Assembly: GCF_001735745.1 (NCBI RefSeq)
Contig: NZ_CP017260.1
Span: forward strand, 120,001-152,000
Length of the DNA: 32,000 nucleotides
Reading direction: 5' to 3'
DNA from: Formosa sp. Hel1_33_131
Lineage (GTDB): Bacteria; Bacteroidota; Bacteroidia; Flavobacteriales; Flavobacteriaceae
A program made the position numbers and the translations under genes. Under the pieces are notes generated by a model. That model did no database searches. It saw nothing but the letters and a program-made list of their open reading frames with translations, and was not told where the DNA came from. Positions 17,664 to 25,685 of this stretch are shown here, in pieces (position 1 is the stretch's first letter; each line of letters opens with the position of its first letter).

Positions 17664-17810
17664 AAAGTGTACCAATTTTTTTTATATATTTATACCGTAG
17701 TAAAGCCCCATTGCTTTTCTTCATAACCAATAATTATTTTTTTGTAAACGATTGTATTACTCTAATGCCCTGTAAGCAGGTCTGTTTTTGTATTCCCTTG
17801 TTTTGAGGAG
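17664..17810 (+). repeat. intergenic conserved element, copy B (first copy at 13474-13618)
   Basis: Same orientation as copy A, at an offset of 4190-4192 nt. See copy A for the alignment. Confidence 0.8.
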
Positions 17811-17861
17811 TGTCAAATTTAGTTTCATACAGGAAGTATAACATCTTTGAAACTAAAAAAA

Positions 17862-18704
17862 ATGAATCTTAATCTAAAACTCCTAATTGTCCTGTTGTGT
17901 GTTATAAGTTTTTCTTGTGAACTAAAAAATACATCCTCTAAGGATATTAATCAAAATCAACCAACTCTTTCAAAAGAGGACAGAGAAAAACAGGAGGTTA
18001 TATTTATAGAACACCTCCAAAATGGAGCTTGGAAACACTCCTTATATTCACAAGAATGGCAAGAAGAAATTGACAAAGGACTCGCCAAAGACAGCACGAT
18101 TGCCTATTTATGGCAGCAAAAAGCAATGCCATTGTTTAAGCAGGCAAAATATGAAATTGGGATGGAATTTATTGATCAGGCAGTAAAGTATGACCCACTG
18201 CGATGGCAAGATTATCGGGCTTTTATCAAATGTATTTTTGCCAAAACGTACGAGGATGCCATCGTAGATTTTGAAGATTTTCAACAAAAATTTGGGTATG
18301 GTTACGTCATGGATCATTCTTATGATTTCTATATTGGACTGTCGTATCTACAACTAAATAAGTTTGAAACCGCGGAAACTTATTTTCAAAAGGATTATGA
18401 ATATCAGTTCAATGAAAAAGGTGAAGATTGGCTTCACCATTTGGATTTATTCTATTTTGGAATTAGTAAATATGAACAAAAAAAGTACGTGGAAGCCATT
18501 GAACTTTTTGACAAAGCTTTAGAAATTTATCCTACGTTTTCTGAAGTACAAATTTATAAATCCTATTGTTTACGGAAAATTGGAAAATTGATTGAGGCGA
18601 GTGAATTACAAGAATTAGGTGAAATTAACGGTCGAAACGGAAATACAATTAACGAAGACAATGTGATTTATGAACGCTATCCTTATCAACTAAGATGGCA
18701 TTGA
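17862..18704 (+). CDS. TPR-repeat lipoprotein
   Basis: The track ORF starts at a TTG at 17847. I prefer the ATG at 17862 (MNLNLKLLIVLLCVISFSC, a lipobox-like Cys). TPR-like segments include YEQKKYVEAIELFDKALEIYPTFSEVQIYKSYCLRKIGKLIEA. Confidence 0.7.
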   Translation: MNLNLKLLIVLLCVISFSCELKNTSSKDINQNQPTLSKEDREKQEVIFIEHLQNGAWKHSLYSQEWQEEIDKGLAKDSTIAYLWQQKAMPLFKQAKYEIGMEFIDQAVKYDPLRWQDYRAFIKCIFAKTYEDAIVDFEDFQQKFGYGYVMDHSYDFYIGLSYLQLNKFETAETYFQKDYEYQFNEKGEDWLHHLDLFYFGISKYEQKKYVEAIELFDKALEIYPTFSEVQIYKSYCLRKIGKLIEASELQELGEINGRNGNTINEDNVIYERYPYQLRWH

Positions 18705-18745
18705 TGTAATAGGAAAATAACTAATAACCCTCAAATATTTAACAA

Positions 18746-19297
18746 ATGGAAAACACAACCAAGAAACCAACTGAAACAAACAAAAGCATGAATCCTCAAT
18801 CTAGTGAGGATGTAATTAATCAAAAAAAAATTGATCGTCATATTGAAAAACTAAAAAGTAATCAAAACCTGCCCTTAGGATTTTTTATTGGATTGATTGC
18901 TTCTATTGTTGGAGCAATTCTTTGGGCTGCAATTACTGTTGCCACAGAATATCAGATAGGATATATGGCCATTGCCATTGGACTCTTAGTAGGATACGTA
19001 ATAAGGTACTCTGGAAAAGGGATAGATAATATCTTTGGAATCTCCGGAGCAGTTCTTTCTGCTTTCGCTTGCTTGCTTGGAAACTTCCTAAGTATTATAG
19101 GATTTGCAGCAAATGAAGAGGAACTAGGATACTTAGAAACCCTGAGGCTTATTGATTACAGTATAATACCTGAAATAATGGTATCTACATTTAATCCGAT
19201 TGATGTTTTGTTTTATGGAATCGCAATTTATGAAGGCTATAAGTTTTCTTTTAGAAAAATATCAGAAGACGAGCTTTTAGAGGTCATAAACAATTAA
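18746..19297 (+). CDS. integral membrane protein of unknown function
   Basis: 183 aa. Hydrophilic N-terminal 40 aa, then about 4 predicted TM segments (LPLGFFIGLIASIVGAILWAAITV, IGYMAIAIGLLVGYVI, ISGAVLSAFACLLGNFLSIIGF, IDVLFYGIAIYEGY). 41 nt after the TPR gene. Confidence 0.6.
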   Translation: MENTTKKPTETNKSMNPQSSEDVINQKKIDRHIEKLKSNQNLPLGFFIGLIASIVGAILWAAITVATEYQIGYMAIAIGLLVGYVIRYSGKGIDNIFGISGAVLSAFACLLGNFLSIIGFAANEEELGYLETLRLIDYSIIPEIMVSTFNPIDVLFYGIAIYEGYKFSFRKISEDELLEVINN

Positions 19298-19321
19298 ACA
19301 ATACCCTCAAATAAAAACAAA

Positions 19322-19759
19322 ATGAAAAACACAATTCTTAAACTAACATTGGTTTTGGCAATCGCTTTCACCTCTTCCTGTAGAAAAGATGCAAAACAAA
19401 AAACCGATGAATTACATCTATCCGAGCAGAATGGCATTGAGTTAAACGATGGAAAACGTTGGTTTGCAAATTCCGAAACAACAGAGGGCATAAAAAATAT
19501 GGTAAGAATTATGAACACCTTCAATGAAAAAGAGGATATAAAAGCCTATGCAACTTTAACTAAAAGTCTAAAAACAGAGTTTTCAATGGTTTTCGAAAAA
19601 TGCACCATGAAAGGAGAAGCACACAATCAATTACATGATTTTTTAATTCCAATTAATGATTTATTTGAACCCTTAGGATCCTCTAATTTAAAAAAATGTC
19701 AAGACAGTTATGACAAATTAAATAGGCATCTAAAAGTATATCCGACGTATTTTAAATGA
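19322..19759 (+). CDS. small lipoprotein of unknown function (CTMxGExHxQLH motif)
   Basis: 145 aa. Lipoprotein signal MKNTILKLTLVLAIAFTSSC. Possible Cys/His motif CTMKGEAHNQLHDF. 24 nt after the preceding gene. Confidence 0.6.
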   Translation: MKNTILKLTLVLAIAFTSSCRKDAKQKTDELHLSEQNGIELNDGKRWFANSETTEGIKNMVRIMNTFNEKEDIKAYATLTKSLKTEFSMVFEKCTMKGEAHNQLHDFLIPINDLFEPLGSSNLKKCQDSYDKLNRHLKVYPTYFK

Positions 19760-19906
19760 TAACTATATAAATCGGCTAGACCTCGTTTTATTAGTATTAA
19801 TATTTAAAACACTTTTAAACTTAAATCCTTAAAAATCAATTCATATGCAAGGAGTTAAAAAATATAAAACCAATTCAAACATAATATAAATTTGAATAAA
19901 AATATG

Positions 19907-19914
19907 TACTTTTG
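19907..19914 (+). promoter_or_regulatory. candidate -7 box TACTTTTG for the toxin-antitoxin pair
   Basis: Perfect TAnnTTTG, 23 nt upstream of the ATG at 19937. Confidence 0.4.
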
Positions 19915-19936
19915 ATTGAAGTAAAAAATATTAACT

Positions 19937-20173
19937 ATGGATATGACCGCTCAAATAAAAAACAATTTAATTTCTAGAATTGAAAAATCGAACGATTTAA
20001 GTTTTTTAAAAGCGCTTCAAACAATTTTCGATTCTTCAGAACAAACCGTATATCAATTGTCATCCGATCAGGAAAATTCAATTTCAATTGGAAAAAAACA
20101 ATTAAAAAATGGTCAATATTCAAGTAATGAATCAGTAATTTCAGAAATGAAAGAATGGCTGAAAAAACAATAA
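19937..20173 (+). CDS. putative antitoxin / addiction-module component
   Basis: 78 aa. Sits immediately upstream of a RelE/ParE-like ORF and overlaps it by 19 nt. Helical N-terminus with a C-terminal ISEMKEWLKKQ tail. Assignment is mainly by context. Confidence 0.55.
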   Translation: MDMTAQIKNNLISRIEKSNDLSFLKALQTIFDSSEQTVYQLSSDQENSISIGKKQLKNGQYSSNESVISEMKEWLKKQ

Positions 20174-20448
20174 TTTGGTCTGATAATGCCAAATACGAAT
20201 TACAAAAAACTCTTAAATTTTTTACCGAAAGAAACGGCTCACCAAACTACAGTTTGAAACTTCTTAATGAGACGGAAGAGTTACTAAATACACTATCTAA
20301 AAATAATTTAATTGGTCGCATCACTTCTAATAATAAAACACGTGTAATCCCAATGAAAGTCTATTTGATTTTCTATGAGATAAATGAAAATAGTATAGAA
20401 ATTGTTTCATTTTGGGACAACAGACAAGACGAAAGAACCAAGAAGTAA
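20155..20448 (+). CDS. type II toxin, RelE/ParE superfamily
   Basis: 97 aa. The pattern IIWSDNAKYELQKTLKFF...RVIPMKVYLIFYEINENSIEIVSFWDNRQD matches the ParE/RelE fold layout: N-terminal helices, then a beta-sheet ending in a hydrophobic-x-hydrophobic-W/H-D/N-x-R segment. Confidence 0.65.
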   Translation: MAEKTIIWSDNAKYELQKTLKFFTERNGSPNYSLKLLNETEELLNTLSKNNLIGRITSNNKTRVIPMKVYLIFYEINENSIEIVSFWDNRQDERTKK

Positions 20449-20525
20449 AATCACTAATTCTAAACGCATAGTTTACATTTCCCCATTTGCGTTGTTTCTA
20501 TAAAATTTGTATCATTACAACCGCT

Positions 20526-21005
20526 ATGAAAGCAGCCACCGTTGTACAACTCAAAAAAGAATTAGAAACCTTAGATCCCGAGCATTTAAAAACGCTCTGT
20601 TTGCGGTTGGCGCGTTTTAAATTAGAAAATAAAGAGCTGCTTACCTATCTCCTATTTGAATCGGAAAATGAAGCTTATTACATCGAAGGAATCAAAGAAG
20701 ATGCGGATTTGTTATTTGAGGAAATCAATACCAAGAGCTATTTTTACATTAAAAAAAGTGTCCGTAAAATTTTACGTATGCTCAAAAAACATGCGCGTTA
20801 TTCTAACCAAAAAGAAACCGAAATTGAGCTGCTTCTTTACTATTGCTACAAACTCAAAACCTTCAAACCTTCAATAAACAACAATGTAACGCTTACCAAT
20901 ATTTATTTACGTCAAGTAGAAAGCATTGAAAAAAAAATAATTAAATTACACGAAGATTTACAATATGACTTCAATACTCAACTGAAAGACATAACCGATC
21001 TTTAA
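20526..21005 (+). CDS. hypothetical helical protein
   Basis: The track ORF begins at a TTG at 20487 with an implausible Cys/Ile-rich extension. I prefer the ATG at 20526 ([22 protein letters not shown]...), giving 159 aa. I recognise no motif. Confidence 0.5.
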   Translation: MKAATVVQLKKELETLDPEHLKTLCLRLARFKLENKELLTYLLFESENEAYYIEGIKEDADLLFEEINTKSYFYIKKSVRKILRMLKKHARYSNQKETEIELLLYYCYKLKTFKPSINNNVTLTNIYLRQVESIEKKIIKLHEDLQYDFNTQLKDITDL

Positions 21006-21016
21006 AAATATATTTT

Positions 21017-21757
21017 ATGCAAATTTTAGGAATAGACATTGGTGGAACGGGCATGAAAGGTGCCATTGTAGATAGTAATACAGGTGAGCTTTTGAGTGAA
21101 CGACTTCGTGTACCAACCCCAAAACCCGCCACTCCCGAAAGTGTTTCCAATGAACTAAAAACGTTGATTGACTCTTTTGAATGGAAAGGGCTTGTAGGAA
21201 TTTCGTTTCCAACAGTCATTAAAAATGGAAAAGCCATGCAGCATGGCAATCTCGATAAATCATGGCAATACACCCAGGTTGATGCGTTGTTTAAGTCCAA
21301 AACAGGAAATGACTTTTTCATCGTTAATGATGCCGATGCTGCCGCTATGGGAGTGATGGAATTTGGGATCGGTAAAAACCAAATGGGCTTAGTGATTACC
21401 ATTACCTTAGGAACGGGTATTGGTTCTGGTGTATTTTTTAATGGTCAATTATTATCTAATTTTGAATTGGGTCGAATGTACGGTCGTAAAGGAGATATCA
21501 TGGAATATTTTGCGGCAGATTCTGCAAGAAAACGTGAAGAATGGAGTTTTAAAACTTGGGCCAAGCGGGTCAATTTCTTTTTAACCCATGTTGAAAATAC
21601 TTTCAATCCGGACCTTATTATCATTGGCGGAGGAGTCAGTAAAAAAATGGAAAAGTTTGAGGCATATCTTGATATCCAAACGCCCATCAAAGCAGCCGAG
21701 TTAAAAAACAATGCTGGAATTATTGGAGCGGCTATTTTTGCCAAGAAAAATTGTTGA
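21017..21757 (+). CDS. ROK-family sugar kinase (polyphosphate/ATP glucokinase-like)
   Basis: 246 aa. N-terminal [17 protein letters not shown] ATPase motif, NDADAAA, and GTGIGSG phosphate-2 motif. Confidence 0.8.
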   Translation: MQILGIDIGGTGMKGAIVDSNTGELLSERLRVPTPKPATPESVSNELKTLIDSFEWKGLVGISFPTVIKNGKAMQHGNLDKSWQYTQVDALFKSKTGNDFFIVNDADAAAMGVMEFGIGKNQMGLVITITLGTGIGSGVFFNGQLLSNFELGRMYGRKGDIMEYFAADSARKREEWSFKTWAKRVNFFLTHVENTFNPDLIIIGGGVSKKMEKFEAYLDIQTPIKAAELKNNAGIIGAAIFAKKNC

Positions 21758-21827
21758 AATTAGCCTAAAATATCCTTTTTAATATTTTTTTCATATCTTT
21801 ATAGCTGCAACCCCAAATTGCTGTATT

Positions 21828-22190
21828 ATGAACACACCTACAGATCGAATTTTTCGATTGACATATATTACAGAACACATCCACCTCACCCGGATGCTCA
21901 TCACTGATATTACAATTTCACCAGATTCCTCTCTAATTTTGTATCAAGTACCTTTTGGGCTCACAAAATCCCCTAGCAAAGCTTGGAAAGAAGTGTTGAT
22001 GGAAACTTGGCAATCTATAATACAGCATAACGAAAGTGTTTCAAATAATGTTATATGGGTCTTTCACAATCGCATCATGATTGACAAAGTTTCAATTGAA
22101 CTAGTAAAGAATGAATTAGAAACCCTCTTGGCTGTCGCTATTGAAAAAACCAATAAACAGATGAAAATGAGATCACAACTCGTTATTTAA
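21828..22190 (+). CDS. hypothetical protein
   Basis: 120-aa ORF filling an otherwise empty gap. Its 3' end overlaps the convergent holA stop by 8 nt. No recognisable motif. Confidence 0.35.
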   Translation: MNTPTDRIFRLTYITEHIHLTRMLITDITISPDSSLILYQVPFGLTKSPSKAWKEVLMETWQSIIQHNESVSNNVIWVFHNRIMIDKVSIELVKNELETLLAVAIEKTNKQMKMRSQLVI

Positions 22191-23184
22191 GAATGTTATA
22201 TATCAACTCGTTATACAAATCTTTTGGAGTAAGATTGGCACCAACCCCTTTGCTTTTCGTATCATAGGTTCGTAGCGTTTCTAACACCCCACTGATCCGT
22301 TTCATGGGGAAATTTCGAGACACTGCAATGTATTCATTTACAAAATAAGGATTGACTCCCAATGCTTTTGCAACTGTTCCTGGGTTTTTATCTCGAACTG
22401 TGTGCAAGGTCATCAGTTTTGAAAAATACATATACAAGATTGATATGGTCAGTACAAACGGATGTTGTTTTGAATTCTGAGCAAAGTAATGAACGATTTG
22501 ATACGCTTTTTTGTGGTCCAAATGTCCCAACGCCTTTTGCAATTCGAAGTTGTTGAAATCTTTAGAAATTCCAATATTTTCTTCAATGATTTCAGGCGTA
22601 ATTTCTTTTTGAGCGCCCACCACAATTTCTAACTTATTGAGTTCATTGGCTATTTTACTCAAATCATTTCCTAAAAACTCCGTCAGCATCAGGGCTGCTT
22701 TTGGTGTAATCGTAATCTGTTTCGCTCTTAAAAAACTTTGAATCCAACTCGGAATTTTATCTTCGTATATTTTTTTACTTTCAAAAACCACCGCTGCTTT
22801 AGAAAGTGTTTTATAAAACGCTTTTCGTTTGTCTAAAGATTTGTATTTATAATTAAAAACCAAGACCGTTGTTGGTTGTGGATTTTTAGCATAATCCACA
22901 AGCTGTTCAATGGTTTTGATAAGGTTTTGAGCTTCTTTTACGATGATAACTTGGCGTTCTGCCATCATCGGATACCGCTTGGCATTCGATACAATATCTT
23001 GAATAGTTGCCTCTTTTCCATAAATCACCATCTGATTGAATTCTTTCTCTTCTTCCGCCAACACATGGGACTCGATATAATCAGAAATGACATCAATAAA
23101 ATAGGCTTCCTCACCCATTAAAAAATAAATGGGCGCAATTTTACCTCCTTTAATGTCAGTTATCAGCTGGTTCGTAGCATTCAT
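22183..23184 (-). CDS. holA: DNA polymerase III delta subunit
   Basis: 333 aa. N-terminal IKGGKIAPIYFLMGEEAYFID and LSKIANELNKL segments are typical of HolA. Confidence 0.8.
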   Translation of the reverse strand: MNATNQLITDIKGGKIAPIYFLMGEEAYFIDVISDYIESHVLAEEEKEFNQMVIYGKEATIQDIVSNAKRYPMMAERQVIIVKEAQNLIKTIEQLVDYAKNPQPTTVLVFNYKYKSLDKRKAFYKTLSKAAVVFESKKIYEDKIPSWIQSFLRAKQITITPKAALMLTEFLGNDLSKIANELNKLEIVVGAQKEITPEIIEENIGISKDFNNFELQKALGHLDHKKAYQIVHYFAQNSKQHPFVLTISILYMYFSKLMTLHTVRDKNPGTVAKALGVNPYFVNEYIAVSRNFPMKRISGVLETLRTYDTKSKGVGANLTPKDLYNELIYNILK

Positions 23185-23210
23185 TCAAAAAAAATTACCA
23201 AATTTGTACT

Positions 23211-23666
23211 GTGCAAAATTTAAATTTTCCAACATATTCGTTCAGGCTCAAAAATAGCGAAAATAATACTCATATTTTTGATGTTATTCGTAAAAAGTTT
23301 GTGGTACTTCAACCGGAAGAATGGGTACGACAACATTGTGTACAGTATTTAATACACCAAAAGAACTATCCTATTTCTCTAATTAATGTTGAAAAGGTCG
23401 TCCTAATCAACGGGCTTAAGAAACGGTACGACATTGTGGTATTCAACCCCGATGGCAGTTTAGCCCTTGTAGTCGAATGCAAAGCACCAAAGGTTAAAAT
23501 TACTCAAGCTGCCTTTGACCAAATCGCGCGGTATAACCTAACTCTAAAAGCACCCTATTTGATGGTCACCAACGGATTAAATCATTATTTTTGCACTATG
23601 AATCACAATTTGGAAAGCTTTGAGTTTTTAGAAAGCCTTCCAAACTATAACACCAAACAAATTTGA
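23211..23666 (+). CDS. stand-alone HsdR_N-like (type I restriction enzyme R N-terminal domain) protein, PD-(D/E)xK-like
   Basis: 151 aa. LQPEEWVRQH...YDIVVFNPDGSLALVVECKAP matches the D...E-x-K nuclease-fold core of this domain family. GTG start: an in-frame TAG lies 36 nt upstream with no ATG between. Confidence 0.65.
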   Translation: MQNLNFPTYSFRLKNSENNTHIFDVIRKKFVVLQPEEWVRQHCVQYLIHQKNYPISLINVEKVVLINGLKKRYDIVVFNPDGSLALVVECKAPKVKITQAAFDQIARYNLTLKAPYLMVTNGLNHYFCTMNHNLESFEFLESLPNYNTKQI

Positions 23667-24652
23667 AACTTGCAATTGTCATATTAAACTGGAACGGACA
23701 GCAGCTGTTGGAAACGTTTCTACCCTCCGTGGTTGCTTACGCAGATGGGCAAGATGTTTATGTGATTGACAACGCTTCTACAGATACATCCGTTTCATTC
23801 ATAGAAACACACTACCCTACTGTAAAATGCATAAAACTGACACATAACATTGGATATGCTGGAGGCTATAATGAAGGCTTAAAACAAATTGATGCAGATG
23901 TTTATTGTTTATTAAACTCTGATATTGAAGTGACTGAAAACTGGTTAAAACCAGTTATCCATACCTTTGAAGCTGAAGTGAATACTGCCATCATCCAACC
24001 TAAAATATTAGATTACCACCACAAAAATAAGTTTGAATATGCCGGCGCAGGTGGTGGGTTCATCGATCAATTGGGGTACCCGTATTGTCGAGGGCGTATT
24101 TTTAATTCTTTAGAGGAAGATCGTGGGCAATACAACGACCAAAAAGAAATATTTTGGGCTTCTGGAGCTTGCCTCTTTATAAGAGCGCAAGCCTTTGAAG
24201 TTTTAGAAGGATTTGACCCTCATTTTTTTGCACATATGGAAGAAATCGATTTGTGCTGGCGTGCACAAAATAAAGGCATGACCGTCACTTATGTCGGACT
24301 GTCAACCGTTTACCATGTAGGTGGCGCAAGTCTAAAAACTTCAAACCCTAAGAAAACCTTTTTAAATTTTAGAAATAGCCTATATACCTTGGTTAAAAAC
24401 ACGCATCAACCTTTGCTGCTTGTTGTTCTTTTAAGGTTGATATTAGACGGAATTGCTGGAATTCGTTTTTTGCTACAAGCAAAACCAAAACACGTGATTG
24501 CAATTGTGAAAGCCCATGGAAGTTTTTACAAAGCTGTCCCCTATTTACTTCAATTTAGACGGCAACATTCTAATAGAAAATCACACCACCAACTTCCATC
24601 AATAGTTTGGTCTTATTTTGTGCGAAATAAAAATTATTTTAATAAATTATAA
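23663..24652 (+). CDS. family 2 glycosyltransferase
   Basis: 329 aa. IVILNWNG start, DNASTD, NIGYAGGYN, and DxD-like NSDIEV. C-terminal TM segment. The TTG start is forced and overlaps the previous stop (TTGA). Confidence 0.8.
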   Translation: MKLAIVILNWNGQQLLETFLPSVVAYADGQDVYVIDNASTDTSVSFIETHYPTVKCIKLTHNIGYAGGYNEGLKQIDADVYCLLNSDIEVTENWLKPVIHTFEAEVNTAIIQPKILDYHHKNKFEYAGAGGGFIDQLGYPYCRGRIFNSLEEDRGQYNDQKEIFWASGACLFIRAQAFEVLEGFDPHFFAHMEEIDLCWRAQNKGMTVTYVGLSTVYHVGGASLKTSNPKKTFLNFRNSLYTLVKNTHQPLLLVVLLRLILDGIAGIRFLLQAKPKHVIAIVKAHGSFYKAVPYLLQFRRQHSNRKSHHQLPSIVWSYFVRNKNYFNKL

Positions 24653-24719
24653 AATGTTTTGTTAATCATAGTATTAAGTGTAATAATTTTATAATTTTAC
24701 GTTATATTAAAAACTATTT

Positions 24720-25577
24720 ATGATGAAGAAAATTTATGTATTAGGAGTGACCTCATTATTAGTGCTTGCTTCCTGTGGCGCTAACAAAGAATTGACAGCT
24801 GCTCAAGAAAAATTAAAAACCACTGAAGATTTATTAAATACGGCCACTGTAAAGTTAAACAGTTGTTTGTCTGACAAAGCGGTTGCAGATGCAAACCTTA
24901 CGGCTCTAAGAGATCAATTGTACGATTTAAGAAAAACAAACGACGCACTCATTAGCAGTACTGAGCAAATGACAATGCTAACCTCTAAAGGGGCTGATAA
25001 TTTAGAGAAAACCTTAGAAAGTCTTCAAGAAAGAGATTTAAAAATCAATCGTTTACAAGATGCCATAACTAAAAAAGACAGCATCACATTGGCGATTGTT
25101 TCCAGTTTGAAAAAATCTGTTGGGATCGACGATCCAGACATCGAAATAAATGTAGAAAAAGGCGTTGTTTTTATTTCCATTGCTGATAAGTTATTATTTA
25201 AAAGTGGAAGTTTCGTAGTCACCGAAAAAGCCAAAGGAGTTTTAGAGAAAGTAGCGAAAGTCATTAATGACAAGCCTGACTTTGAAGCGATGATAGAAGG
25301 ACATACGGACAACCGTTCGTATTCAAATGGTGTCTTAGTTGACAACTGGGATTTAAGTGTCAAACGCTCTACATCTGTCATTAGAATCTTACAAGGCATG
25401 GGAGTTAACCCCGCTCAATTAATAGCAGCAGGACGCAGTAGTTATGTGCCATTAACAGATAATGACACTGCAATGAACAGATCAAAAAACAGACGCACAC
25501 GTGTGGTTGTACTTCCAAAAATTGATCAATTCTATGAAATGATTGAAAATGAAGTAAAAGCACTTTCGGGTCAATAG
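24720..25577 (+). CDS. OmpA/MotB-domain lipoprotein with N-terminal coiled coil
   Basis: 285 aa. Lipobox LVLASCG and a coiled-coil segment. The OmpA_C core reads FKSGSFVVTE...IEGHTDNRSY...NWDLSVKRSTSVIRIL...NRRTRVVVLP. Confidence 0.8.
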   Translation: MMKKIYVLGVTSLLVLASCGANKELTAAQEKLKTTEDLLNTATVKLNSCLSDKAVADANLTALRDQLYDLRKTNDALISSTEQMTMLTSKGADNLEKTLESLQERDLKINRLQDAITKKDSITLAIVSSLKKSVGIDDPDIEINVEKGVVFISIADKLLFKSGSFVVTEKAKGVLEKVAKVINDKPDFEAMIEGHTDNRSYSNGVLVDNWDLSVKRSTSVIRILQGMGVNPAQLIAAGRSSYVPLTDNDTAMNRSKNRRTRVVVLPKIDQFYEMIENEVKALSGQ

Positions 25578-25603
25578 TCACTTCAATCTAAAAAAGATTA
25601 CAG

Positions 25604-25634
25604 AAGCCCACCGTTTTGGTTGGGCTTTTTATTT
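25604..25634 (+). terminator. rho-independent terminator after the OmpA-like gene
   Basis: Stem AAGCCCACC / GGTTGGGCTT (one bulge) with loop GTTTT, followed by TTTTTATTT. Confidence 0.7.
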
Positions 25635-25654
25635 GAAAGCTAATCCCTTTATTT

Positions 25655-25662
25655 TATATTTG
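25655..25662 (+). promoter_or_regulatory. candidate -7 box TATATTTG for pheT
   Basis: Perfect TAnnTTTG, 24 nt upstream of the ATG at 25686. Confidence 0.45.
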
Positions 25663-25685
25663 CTGAAAAGCTATAACACCGCATA

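Noticed and set aside
13474-17810. The two direct copies of the intergenic element as att-like boundaries of a 4.2-kb mobile island carrying the tail-fibre-like and asmA-like genes
   Set aside because: There is no integrase, transposase or tRNA target. The copies are only about 80 percent identical in their core and are much longer than typical att cores. asmA-like genes are usually core genome.
17847-17861. TTG-initiated N-terminal extensions in the track (17847 MKLKK..., 20487 MRCFYKICIITTA...)
   Set aside because: The in-frame ATGs at 17862 and 20526 give a cleaner lipoprotein signal peptide and a plausible N-terminus. The extensions add residues with no signal-peptide logic.
20656-21744. 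Track ORFs 20656-20877(+), 20971-21402(-), 21015-21212(-) and 21445-21744(-)
   Set aside because: They are alternative-frame or antisense ORFs inside the 159-aa hypothetical gene and the ROK kinase gene. The ROK frame carries clear kinase motifs and these frames carry none.
23211-23666. HsdR_N-domain protein as evidence of a type I restriction-modification system
   Set aside because: No hsdM, hsdS or helicase/ATPase part of HsdR occurs anywhere in the window. The protein is only the small N-terminal nuclease-fold domain.
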